A stretch of DNA of 64,000 nucleotides from the human T2T-CHM13v2.0 reference genome, Homo sapiens. The stretch is taken from assembly GCF_009914755.1 (NCBI RefSeq), contig NC_060928.1, one strand, 5' to 3'. Below, piece by piece: positions 52,895-64,000 of the stretch (its first letter is position 1; the number at the start of each line of letters is the position of its first letter). The position numbers were made by a program, and so were the translations under genes. The notes under the pieces are model-generated. The model searched no databases. It was not told where the DNA came from and saw only the letters and a program-made list of their open reading frames with translations.

Positions 52895-55800
52895 TCTCAG
52901 TGGAAGTACCGACCCACACGTAGGGGTGCACACACACACGCACACACACAGACACACACATAACTACACCCAGAAGCGCGCACGCAAACACACACACACC
53001 CACACAAACACGAACACCGTCAATCCTACATAAACTAATGAGGAGCCCAAGTTTCTGTCTCTGCAACAGGGACAACTGGATAGTGATGGCTACATCTCAG
53101 GATGAGCCCGCATATGGGAAACATCAAGTTTTGGGGTCGTGAGTCTTCCGAACCTCTGGTGGGACTGTCTGAGTGTTTGTGTTCATGATAGGCGACATTC
53201 AGTGTGTATTTCTGAATATGACCTACCGACGTGTAGGTTTGCGTGTGAGGTAATTGCAGGGGACTCGGTTTCGTATTTTCTCTTGGGGTGTGTTTCATTC
53301 GTCAGTTGTTGGTCGGCATGAGAAGGTGAAAGGTGGCTCATGTGGGACATCCGTGGATCATTCTCGCCACCTTGAATAGTGGAAACTGGAATGCATTTGG
53401 AAGAGAAGAACGGTGCTCTTCTTTCTTCCCCGGGCTCGCCGTTTTTACACTGGTTCCTGAATGGACCTCAGGCGCCCTGGGACTTGTGCTCTTGCTGGAA
53501 CCCACATAACGCCGGAAGCGGACAGACCGACTTGCCTGTTTCACGGTGCCCGCTTCCCATGAGTCGAAACGGAAAATTTTCCCACGGGCATGTAAGTCAT
53601 CTGGAAGTAAGCTGTATTGATAATAAAGGAAAGCAAACACAGGAGTGTGTGTATTCAACTGAAATAAATTCAGAAAGCCCTGAAATCAATCTCACTGGGT
53701 GTGTTTAAAAATGGCATTTGGGGAATTTCTGGGTCATTTGTCCAGCTGCGAAAGCTGCATCTCTGAAGCACAGTCCCTGTCCCGCAGTGAGACTTATTTA
53801 TCCGACGTGGTGTTTCCGTGGAAATGATTGTGGGAAATGGCCCCTTCCTTTTCTCTATTTGCTGATTAGACTTCATGGTCCCTTTCTCGTCAGGTACAGT
53901 GATCAAAGTTGACCAACCCCAGAGGAAAGCTGCCCAGGGCACAACTCAGGGCTCCGTAGAACCACAGAATCTTGGGCGCAACCCTGCTCAAGCACCCAAA
54001 TGTGCATACGAACAGGGTCTCCGTGTGACGTGTGTGAAAACTACAGTGTGATGAGCATGACTGGCAGACAGCTTATCGATTGGGCTCCCCTCAAAATCGG
54101 TTATGAGCATTCAAGCACACCGATGCCCAGGTCCCGGCTGCAGGAATAAGACCCTCCAGGGTCTTGTGTGAAGCCTCGGCATCTGCATTGCTCATGCTTC
54201 TGGGGATCATTCTCCTGAAAATGGTGGCTCCTTTCTCCCTGTGGAGCATCTTTCTAAGCAGTGCTCTTTTCTTCCCCCAGGACACTTTACATCCGGCACA
54301 GGAAGCCTTCTGATGGAGCACACCTGGCCCATGAAAAGACAAGGGAAAGAAACGGGGCCAAAGGTCACAGTCCTCTCATCCCATCATCCTCCTTAAAATC
54401 ATCCTAATTTCATGGGCCCTGAAGCCAGGGCTGTTTCTTTACACCTAGAGGCCTTGGCGCCGGGCCTCAATTCCGCCCTGTTCCTTACCGTCTAAGACAT
54501 GTTGGGAAAATCCCTAGAGCCAGGATCTTCATTCCTGCTAAGCCAGACAGCCGGAAGACACACCCAAATTCTGTCCCTCTTACTTCAGGGAACATGTCCA
54601 CTTTCGGCAGCATTACAATTTTGGCACCAAATGTGCTAACTGCAATTCCACCATACAATGCCTAACTGGAAATGGAGGCAACATCTCCGATCCTGAACGA
54701 TCGATGCGAGAATCCAGGATATGCACGGCTTATTTTGGCCTTTTCCCACTGAAACAAGGGCCAGTATTAAAAATGGCACGCTATCCTCTGTTTCACTCCC
54801 TGCTTTTAAACGTCTCCGATGTTTCTCCCTGAGACAGGGCCTCACTTCCGTCAGCCGGGCTTTTCTACGCTATAATTTTCCTTGTTTGCTTTTGTCCAAA
54901 TTAGAACTTTTTATTTCATCTCTAGGAAACGTTGATCCATTATCACATACGTATGGAAATATTATCACACATGCTGTGAGATACGTTGTTTTTATTTTCA
55001 TCAATTGTTTAATAAACAAAAGGTTATAGCTGGGATACCTTCTGAGTTCTCAAGTTTTTTGTTTCGTGTTTTCTTAAACTGCCGTCGCACGTCCGAAACC
55101 GCTCACTATGCAGTGTCATGACCGTCTCTCTTTTCTGGCAAACATAAATTTGGGGATTGTCATCAATTAGTCTCTCGGGGATTGCATGATTTCCCCAAAG
55201 GCTTTCACAGTCTACTTTGTGCACTGAGTATCTCTTCAAACTTCAGTGCATGTTTCTACCATTTCATGCTTTCTTATTTGGCAATCTAGCTTCCACAAGA
55301 GCATTTCATGCAAAGACTTGTCTTGTTCTCCACTGGCAGGTAATTTCACTCGGATAGAGAATCAATAGGCTCAACGTGGAAAGGTTATCGCTGGAAGGTC
55401 TGTTTGATTCCACGGATCTCTCCTTTCTCATTAGGGAAGAAAATACGCTGTGCTAAATACTATACTTCATTGACTATCCTCAGGTCAGAAAGCGCACTTT
55501 CGACTTCTTGTCTTTCCGTCGCTGAGAGGATGATGGCAGCTGCCAAAAGTACATACTTGGAAGTTCATCCCAGCAAAAACACACACACACACGCGCCCCC
55601 CCCACACACACACACGAACACAATCACACACACACACACTCACACGGTTTCCTACGTAAAGATTTCTTCCCTGCCATTGCTTTACCTAAAATAAGGCAAC
55701 TGTGTGGCCACTGTCCCAACCCGGTTACACTCCTATTATATGTGCCTATCATCCTGAGGAGTAATTTGATTCAGGTGTTCTGGAAGTCATGCTGTGGGCT

Positions 55801-56050
55801 GTGTCTGTTGAATTCCCAGCGATGCAAGGGGACACACCCTGTGACTCCTTCCTGAATTGAGTGCTGATATTTGATTGGCTTATCGCGCACCTGATGAGTG
55901 GGTGGGGTGTTCGCGGTTGGTGGGGGTGACTTACAGAAGGGCTGATGCGGCCAGAGAGCTCGTCATTTGAAGACTCTCTCGGAAGGGATAGCGTCTTTCT
56001 GCAACCTGCGGTCCCAGCAGAAAAACCTTGTGATCCTTGTTCCAGTCGAC

Positions 56051-57643
56051 ATGGAGGACGACTCACTCTAGTTGGGAGGTGAGTGGCAGTTCAACCACTT
56101 TTCAAAACTCACATCTTCTCGGCCAGATGCAGCTTTTGCTGAAATCCAGCGGACTTCTCTCCCTGAGAAGTCACCACTCTCATGTGAGACCCGTGTCGAC
56201 CTCTGTGATGATTTGGCTCCTGTGGCAAGACAGCTTGCTCCCAGGGAGAAGCTTCCTCTGAGTAGCAGGAGACCTGCTGCGGTGGGGGCTGGGCTCCAGA
56301 ATATGGGAAATACCTGCTACGTGAACGCTTCCTTGCAGTGCCTGACATACACACCGCCCCTTGCCAACTACATGCTGTCCCGGGAGCACTCTCAAACGTG
56401 TCATCGTCACAAGGGCTGCATGCTCTGTACGATGCAAGCTCACATCACACGGGCCCTCCACAATCCTGGCCACGTCATCCAGCCCTCACAGGCATTGGCT
56501 GCTGGCTTCCATAGAGGCAAGCAGGAAGATGCCCATGAATTTCTCATGTTCACTGTGGATGCCATGAAAAAGGCATGCCTTCCCGGGCACAAGCAGGTGG
56601 ATCATCACTCTAAGGACACCACCCTCATCCACCAAATATTTGGAGGCTACTGGAGATCTCAAATCAAGTGTCTCCACTGCCACGGCATTTCAGACACTTT
56701 TGACCCTTACCTGGACATCGCCCTGGATATCCAGGCAGCTCAGAGTGTCCAGCAAGCTTTGGAACAGTTGGTGAAGCCCGAAGAACTCAATGGAGAGAAT
56801 GCCTATCATTGTGGTGTTTGTCTCCAGAGGGCGCCGGCCTCCAAGACGTTAACTTTACACACCTCTGCCAAGGTCCTCATCCTTGTATTGAAGAGATTCT
56901 CCGATGTCACAGGCAACAAGATTGCCAAGAATGTGCAATATCCTGAGTGCCTTGACATGCAGCCATACATGTCTCAGCCGAACACAGGACCTCTCGTCTA
57001 TGTCCTCTATGCTGTGCTGGTCCACGCTGGGTGGAGTTGTCACAACGGACATTACTTCTCTTATGTCAAAGCTCAAGAAGGCCAGTGGTATAAAATGGAT
57101 GATGCCGAGGTCACCGCCTCTAGCATCATTTCTGTCCTGAGTCAACAGGCCTACGTCCTCTTTTACATCCAGAAGAGTGAATGGGAAAGACACAGTGAGA
57201 GTGTGTCAAGAGGCAGGGAACCAAGTGCCCTTGGCGCAGAAGACACAGACAGGCGAGCAACGCAAGGAGAGCTCAAGAGAGACCACCCCTGCCTCCAGGC
57301 CCCCGAGTTGGACGAGCACTTGGTGGAAAGAGCCACTCAGGAAAGCACCTTAGACCACTGGAAATTCCTTCAAGAGCAAAACAAAACGAAGCCTGAGTTC
57401 AACGTCAGAAAAGTCGAAGGTACCCTGCCTCCCGACGTACTTGTGATTCATCAATCAAAATACAAGTGTGGGATGAAGAACCATCATCCTGAACAGCAAA
57501 GCTCCCTGCTAAACCTCTCTTCGACGACCCCGACACATCAGGAGTCCATGAACACTGGCACACTCGCTTCCCTGCGAGGGAGGGCCAGGAGATCCAAAGG
57601 GAAGAACAAACACAGCAAGAGGGCTCTGCTTGTGTGCCAGTGA
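56051..57643 (+). pseudogene. USP17-like pseudogene copy, nonsense at codon 7 (Y7*)
   Basis: atg gag gac gac tca ctc TAG (56069-56071). The rest of the frame is open. The 523-aa ORF in the track starts at a TTG, not an ATG. Confidence 0.88.
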
Positions 57644-60600
57644 TCTCAGTGGAAGTACCGACCCACACGTAGGGGTGCACACACACACGCACACACACAG
57701 ACACACACATAACTACACCCAGAAGCGCGCACGCAAACACACACACACCCACACAAACACGAACACCGTCAATCCTACATAAACTAATGAGGAGCCCAAG
57801 TTTCTGTCTCTACAACAGGGACAACTGGATAGTGATGGCTACATCTCAGGATGAGCCCGCATATGGGAAACATCAAGTTTTGGGGTCGTGAGTCTTCCGA
57901 ACCTCTGGTGGGACTGTCTGAGTGTTTGTGTTCATGATAGGTGACATTCAGTGTGTATTTCTGAATATGACCTACCGACGTGTAGGTTTGCGTGTGAGGT
58001 AATTGCAGGGGACTCGGTTTCGTATTTTCTCTTGGGGTGTGTTTCATTCGTCAGTTGTTGGTCGGCATGAGAAGGTGAAAGGTGGCTCATGTGGGACATC
58101 CGTGGATCATTCTCGCCACCTTGAATAGTGGAAACTGGAATGCATTTGGAAGAGAAGAACGGTGCTCTTCTTTCTTCCCCGGGCTCGCCGTTTTTACACT
58201 GGTTCCTGAATGGACCTCAGGCGCCCTGGGACTTGTGCTCTTGCTGGAACCCACATAACGCCGGAAGCGGACAGACCGACTTGCCTGTTTCACGGTGCCC
58301 GCTTCCCATGAGTCGAAACGGAAAATTTTCCCACGGGCATGTAAGTCATCTGGAAGTAAGCTGTATTGATAATAAAGGAAAGCAAACACAGGAGTGTGTG
58401 TATTCAACTGAAATAAATTCAGAAAGCCCTGAAATCAATCTCACTGGGTGTGTTTAAAAATGGCATTTGGGGAATTTCTGGGTCATTTGTCCAGCTGCGA
58501 AAGCTGCATCTCTGAAGCACAGTCCCTGTCCCGCAGTGAGACTTATTTATCCGACGTGGTGTTTCCGTGGAAATGATTGTGGGAAATGGCCCCTTCCTTT
58601 GCTCTATTTGCTGATTAGACTTCATGGTCCCTTTCTCGTCAGGTACAGTGATCAAAGTTGACCAACCCCAGAGGAAAGCTGCCCAGGGCACAACTCAGGG
58701 CTCCGTAGAACCACAGAATCTTGGGCGCAACCCTGCTCAAGCACCCAAATGTGCATACGAACAGGGTCTCCGTGTGACGTGTGTGAAAACTACAGTGTGA
58801 TGAGCATGACTGGCAGACAGCTTATCGATTGGGCTCCCCTCAAAATCGGTTATGAGCATTCAAGCACACCGATGCCCAGGTCCCGGCTGCAGGAATAAGA
58901 CCCTCCAGGGTCTTGTGTGAAGCCTCGGCATCTGCATTGCTCATGCTTCTGGGGATCATTCTCCTGAAAATGGTGGCTCCTTTCTCCCTGTGGAGCATCT
59001 TTCTAAGCAGTGCTCTTTTCTTCCCCCAGGACACTTTACATCCGGCACAGGAAGCCTTCTGATGGAGCACACCTGGCCCATGAAAAGACAAGGGAAAGAA
59101 ACGGGGCCAAAGGTCACAGTCCTCTCATCCCATCATCCTCCTTAAAATCATCCTAATTTCATGGGCCCTGAAGCCAGGGCTGTTTCTTTACACCTAGAGG
59201 CCTTGGCGCCGGGCCTCAATTCCGCCCTGTTCCTTACCGTCTAAGACATGTTGGGAAAATCCCTAGAGCCAGGATCTTCATTCCTGCTAAGCCAGACAGC
59301 CGGAAGACACACCCAAATTCTGTCCCTCTTACTTCAGGGAACATGTCCACTTTCGGCAGCATTACAATTTTGGCACCAAATGTGCTAACTGCAATTCCAC
59401 CATACAATGCGTAACTGGAAATGGAGGCAACATCTCCGATCCTGAACGATCGATGCGAGAATCCAGGATATGCACGGCTTATTTTGGCCTTTTCCCACTG
59501 AAACAAGGGCCAGTATTAAAAATGGCACGCTATCCTCTGTTTCACTCCCTGCTTTTAAACGTCTCCGATGTTTCTCCCTGAGACAGGGCCTCACTTCCGT
59601 CAGCCGGGCTTTTCTACGCTATAATTTTCCTTGTTTGCTTTTGTCCAAATTAGAACTTTTTATTTCATCTCTAGGAAACGTTGATCCATTATCACATACG
59701 TATGGAAATATTATCACACATGCTGTGAGATACGTTGTTTTTATTTTCATCAATTGTTTAATAAACAAAAGGTTATAGCTGGGATACCTTCTGAGTTCTC
59801 AAGTTTTTTGTTTCGTGTTTTCTTAAACTGCCGTCGCACGTCCGAAACCGCTCACTATGCAGTGTCATGACCGTCTCTCTTTTCTGGCAAACATAAATTT
59901 GGGGATTGTCATCAATTAGTCTCTCGGGGATTGCATGATTTCCCCAAAGGCTTTCACAGTCTACTTTGTGCACTGAGTATCTCTTCAAACTTCAGTGCAT
60001 GTTTCTACCATTTCATGCTTTCTTATTTGGCAATCTAGCTTCCACAAGAGCATTTCATGCAAAGACTTGTCTTGTTCTCCACTGGCAGGTAATTTCACTC
60101 GGATAGAGAATCAATAGGCTCAACGTGGAAAGGTTATCGCTGGAAGGTCTGTTTGATTCCACAGATCTCTCCTTTCTCATTAGGGAAGAAAATACGCTGT
60201 GCTAAATACTATACTTCATTGACTATTCTCAGGTCAGAAAGCGCACTTTCGACTTCTTGTCCTTCCGTCGCTGAGAGGATGATGGCAGCTGCCAAAAGTA
60301 CATACTTGGAAGTTCATCCCAGCACAAACACACACACACGCGCCCCCCCCACACACACACACAAACACAATCACACACACACACAATCACACGGTTTCCT
60401 AGGTAAAGATTTCTTCCCTGCCATTGCATTACCTAAAATAAGGCAACTGTGTGGCCACTGTCCCAACCCGGTTACACTCCTATTATATGTGCCTATCATC
60501 CTGAGGAGTAATTTGATTCAGGTGTTCTGGAAGTCATGCTGTGGGATGTGTCTGTTGAATTCCCAGCGATGCCAGGGGACACACCCTGTGACTCCTTCCT

Positions 60601-60797
60601 GAATTGAGTGCTGATATTTGATTGGCTTATCGCGCACCTGATGAGTGGGTGGGGTGTTCGCGGTTGGTGGGGGTGACTTTCAGAAGGGCTGATGCGGCCA
60701 GAGAGCTCGTCATTTAAAGACTCTCTCGGAAGGGATAGCGTCTTTCTGCAACCTGCGGTCCCAGCAGAAAAACCTTGTGATCCTTGTTCCAGTCGAC

Positions 60798-62390
60798 ATG
60801 GAGGACGACTCACTCTACTTGGGAGGTGAGTGGCAGTTCAACCACTTTTCAAAACTCACATCTCCTCGGCCCGATGCAGCTTTTGCTGAAATCCAGCGGA
60901 CTTCTCTCCCTGAGAAGTCACCACTCTCATGTGAGACCCGTGTCGACCTCTGTGATGATTTGGCTCCTGTGGCAAGACAGCTTGCTCCCAGGGAGAAGCT
61001 TCCTCTGAGTAGCAGGAGACCTGCTGCGGTGGGGGCTGGGCTCCAGAATATGGGAAATACCTGCTACGTGAACGCTTCCTTGCAGTGCCTGACATACACA
61101 CCGCCCCTTGCCAACTACATGCTGTCCCGGGAGCACTCTCAAACGTGTCATCGTCACAAGGGCTGCATGCTCTGTACTATGCAAGCTCACATCACACGGG
61201 CCCTCCACAATCCTGGCCACGTCATCCAGCCCTCACAGGCATTGGCTGCTGGCTTCCATAGAGGCAAGCAGGAAGATGCCCATGAATTTCTCATGTTCAC
61301 TGTGGATGCCATGAAAAAGGCATGCCTTCCCGGGCACAAGCAGGTGGATCATCACTCTAAGGACACCACCCTCATCCACCAAATATTTGGAGGCTACTGG
61401 AGATCTCAAATCAAGTGTCTCCACTGCCACGGCATTTCAGACACTTTTGACCCTTACCTGGACATCGCCCTGGATATCCAGGCAGCTCAGAGTGTCCAGC
61501 AAGCTTTGGAACAGTTGGTGAAGCCCGAAGAACTCAATGGAGAGAATGCCTATCATTGTGGTGTTTGTCTCCAGAGGGCGCCGGCCTCCAAGACGTTAAC
61601 TTTACACACCTCTGCCAAGGTCCTCATCCTTGTATTGAAGAGATTCTCCGATGTCACAGGCAACAAGATTGCCAAGAATGTGCAATATCCTGAGTGCCTT
61701 GACATGCAGCCATACATGTCTCAGCAGAACACAGGACCTCTTGTCTATGTCCTCTATGCTGTGCTGGTCCACGCTGGGTGGAGTTGTCACAACGGACATT
61801 ACTTCTCTTATGTCAAAGCTCAAGAAGGCCAGTGGTATAAAATGGATGATGCCGAGGTCACCGCCTCTAGCATCACTTCTGTCCTGACTCAAAAGGCCTA
61901 CGTCCTCTTTTACATCCAGAAGAGTGAATGGGAAAGACACAGTGAGAGTGTGTCAAGAGGCAGGGAACCAAGAGCCCTTGGCGCAGAAGACACAGACAGG
62001 CGAGCAACGCAAGGAGAGCTCAAGAGAGACCACCCCTGCCTCCAGGCCCCCGAGTTGGACGAGCACTTGGTGGAAAGAGCCACTCAGGAAAGCACCTTAG
62101 ACCACTGGAAATTCCTTCAAGAGCAAAACAAAACGAAGCCTGAGTTCAACGTCAGAAAAGTCGAAGGTACCCTGCCTCCCGACGTACTTGTGATTCATCA
62201 ATCAAAATACAAGTGTGGGATGAAGAACCATCATCCTGAACAGCAAAGCTCCCTGCTAAACCTCTCTTCGACGACCCCGACACATCAGGAGTCCATGAAC
62301 ACTGGCACACTCGCTTCCCTGCGAGGGAGGGCCAGGAGATCCAAAGGGAAGAACAAACACAGCAAGAGGGCTCTGCTTGTGTGCCAGTGA
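60798..62390 (+). CDS. USP17L: USP17-like deubiquitinase, 530 aa, intact (P23, T364, K366)
   Basis: Full ORF with intact catalytic triad motifs. Confidence 0.95.
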   Translation: MEDDSLYLGGEWQFNHFSKLTSPRPDAAFAEIQRTSLPEKSPLSCETRVDLCDDLAPVARQLAPREKLPLSSRRPAAVGAGLQNMGNTCYVNASLQCLTYTPPLANYMLSREHSQTCHRHKGCMLCTMQAHITRALHNPGHVIQPSQALAAGFHRGKQEDAHEFLMFTVDAMKKACLPGHKQVDHHSKDTTLIHQIFGGYWRSQIKCLHCHGISDTFDPYLDIALDIQAAQSVQQALEQLVKPEELNGENAYHCGVCLQRAPASKTLTLHTSAKVLILVLKRFSDVTGNKIAKNVQYPECLDMQPYMSQQNTGPLVYVLYAVLVHAGWSCHNGHYFSYVKAQEGQWYKMDDAEVTASSITSVLTQKAYVLFYIQKSEWERHSESVSRGREPRALGAEDTDRRATQGELKRDHPCLQAPELDEHLVERATQESTLDHWKFLQEQNKTKPEFNVRKVEGTLPPDVLVIHQSKYKCGMKNHHPEQQSSLLNLSSTTPTHQESMNTGTLASLRGRARRSKGKNKHSKRALLVCQ

Positions 62391-64000
62391 TCTCAGTGGA
62401 AGTACCGACCCACACGTAGGGGTGCACACACACACGCACACACACAGACACACACATAACTACACCCAGAAGCGCGCACGCAAACACACACACACCCACA
62501 CAAACACGAACACCGTCAATCCTACATAAACTAATGAGGAGCCCAAGTTTCTGTCTCTGCAACAGGGACAACTGGATAGTGATGGCTACATCTCAGGATG
62601 AGCCCGCATATGGGAAACATCAAGTTTTGGGGTCGTGAGTCTTCCGAACCTCTGGTGGGACTGTCTGAGTGTTTGTGTTCATGATAGGTGACATTCAGTG
62701 TGTATTTCTGAATATGACCTACCGACGTGTAGGTTTGCGTGTGAGGTAATTGCAGGGGACTCGGTTTCGTATTTTCTCTTGGGGTGTGTTTCATTCGTCA
62801 GTTGTTGGTCGGCATGAGAAGGTGAAAGGTGGCTCATGTGGGACATCCGTGGATCATTCTCGCCACCTTGAATAGTGGAAACTGGAATGCATTTGGAAGA
62901 GAAGAACGGTGCTCTTCTTTCTTCCCCGGGCTCGCCGTTTTTACACTGGTTCCTGAATGGACCTCAGGCGCCCTGGGACTTGTGCTCTTGCTGGAACCCA
63001 CATAACGCCGGAAGCGGACAGACCGACTTGCCTGTTTCACGGTGCCCGCTTCCCATGAGTCGAAACGGAAAATTTTCCCACGGGCATGTAAGTCATCTGG
63101 AAGTAAGCTGTATTGATAATAAAGGAAAGCAAACACAGGAGTGTGTGTATTCAACTGAAATAAATTCAGAAAGCCCTGAAATCAATCTCACTGGGTGTGT
63201 TTAAAAATGGCATTTGGGGAATTTCTGGGTCATTTGTCCAGCTGCGAAAGCTGCATCTCTGAAGCACAGTCCCTGTCCCGCAGTGAGACTTATTGATCCG
63301 ACGTGGTGTTTCCGTGGAAATGATTGTGGGAAATGGCCCCTTCCTTTTCTCTATTTGCTGATTAGACTTCATGGTCCCTTTCTCGTCAGGTACAGTGATC
63401 AAAGTTGACCAACCCCAGAGGAAAGCTGCCCAGGGCACAACTCAGGGCTCCGTAGAACCACAGAATCTTGGGCGCAACCCTGCTCAAGCACCCAAATGTG
63501 CATACGAACAGGGTCTCCGTGTGACGTGTGTGAAAACTACAGTGTGATGAGCATGACTGGCAGACAGCTTATCGATTGGGCTCCCCTCAAAATCGGTTAT
63601 GAGCATTCAAGCACACCGATGCCCAGGTCCCGGCTGCAGGAATAAGACCCTCCAGGGTCTTGTGTGAAGCCTCGGCATCTGCATTGCTCATGCTTCTGGG
63701 GATCATTCTCCTGAAAATGGTGGCTCCTTTCTCCCTGTGGAGCATCTTTCTAAGCAGTGCTCTTTTCTTCCCCCAGGACACTTTACATCCGGCACAGGAA
63801 GCCTTCTGATGGAGCACACCTGGCCCATGAAAAGACAAGGGAAAGAAACGGGGCCAAAGGTCACAGTCCTCTCATCCCATCATCCTCCTTAAAATCATCC
63901 TAATTTCATGGGCCCTGAAGCCAGGGCTGTTTCTTTACACCTAGAGGCCTTGGCGCCGGGCCTCAATTCCGCCCTGTTCCTTACCGTCTAAGACATGTTG

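Larger units (their letters stand above)
9236..64000 (+). repeat. RS447 macrosatellite: tandem array of about 11.5 units of about 4.75 kb, each with an intronless USP17L ORF; continues past the window end
   Basis: ATG positions 13305, 18054, 22804, 27553, 32303, 37054, 41804, 46554, 51302, 56051 and 60798, spaced 4747-4751 bp. Units are near-identical. Confidence 0.97.

Noticed and set aside
9236-64000. Array as a prokaryotic-type system (CRISPR or phage) or pure assembly artefact
   Set aside because: There is no repeat-spacer structure and the context is primate. Units carry structured, distinct SNV haplotypes consistent with a real macrosatellite.

Overview
Primate DNA, most likely human (Alu- and MIR-rich). 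Bases 1-9235 are a segmental-duplication-type block with Alu, MIR, L2 and MaLR repeats, a CpG-island promoter and the first two coding exons of a FAM86/EEF2KMT-family paralog. At about 9236, inside FAM86 intron 2, the sequence switches abruptly into the middle (codon 227/228) of a USP17L deubiquitinase ORF. From there to the window end it is a head-to-tail array of 4747-4751 bp units, the RS447 macrosatellite. The array holds one 5'-truncated USP17L copy and 11 full-length copies. Nine encode intact 530-aa proteins, one has K470* and one has Y7*. The most interesting signal is the junction. It carries a perfect 9-bp fold-back, suggesting templated end-joining. It also places a CAG acceptor with branchpoint-like CTCAC motifs in frame with FAM86 exon 2, predicting a possible 355-aa FAM86-USP17L chimera without the catalytic Cys, under a CpG-island promoter. 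The array units also fall into sub-type blocks with recombinant units and sub-type-specific coding and promoter variants. Variants were compared by eye, and no database search was run.
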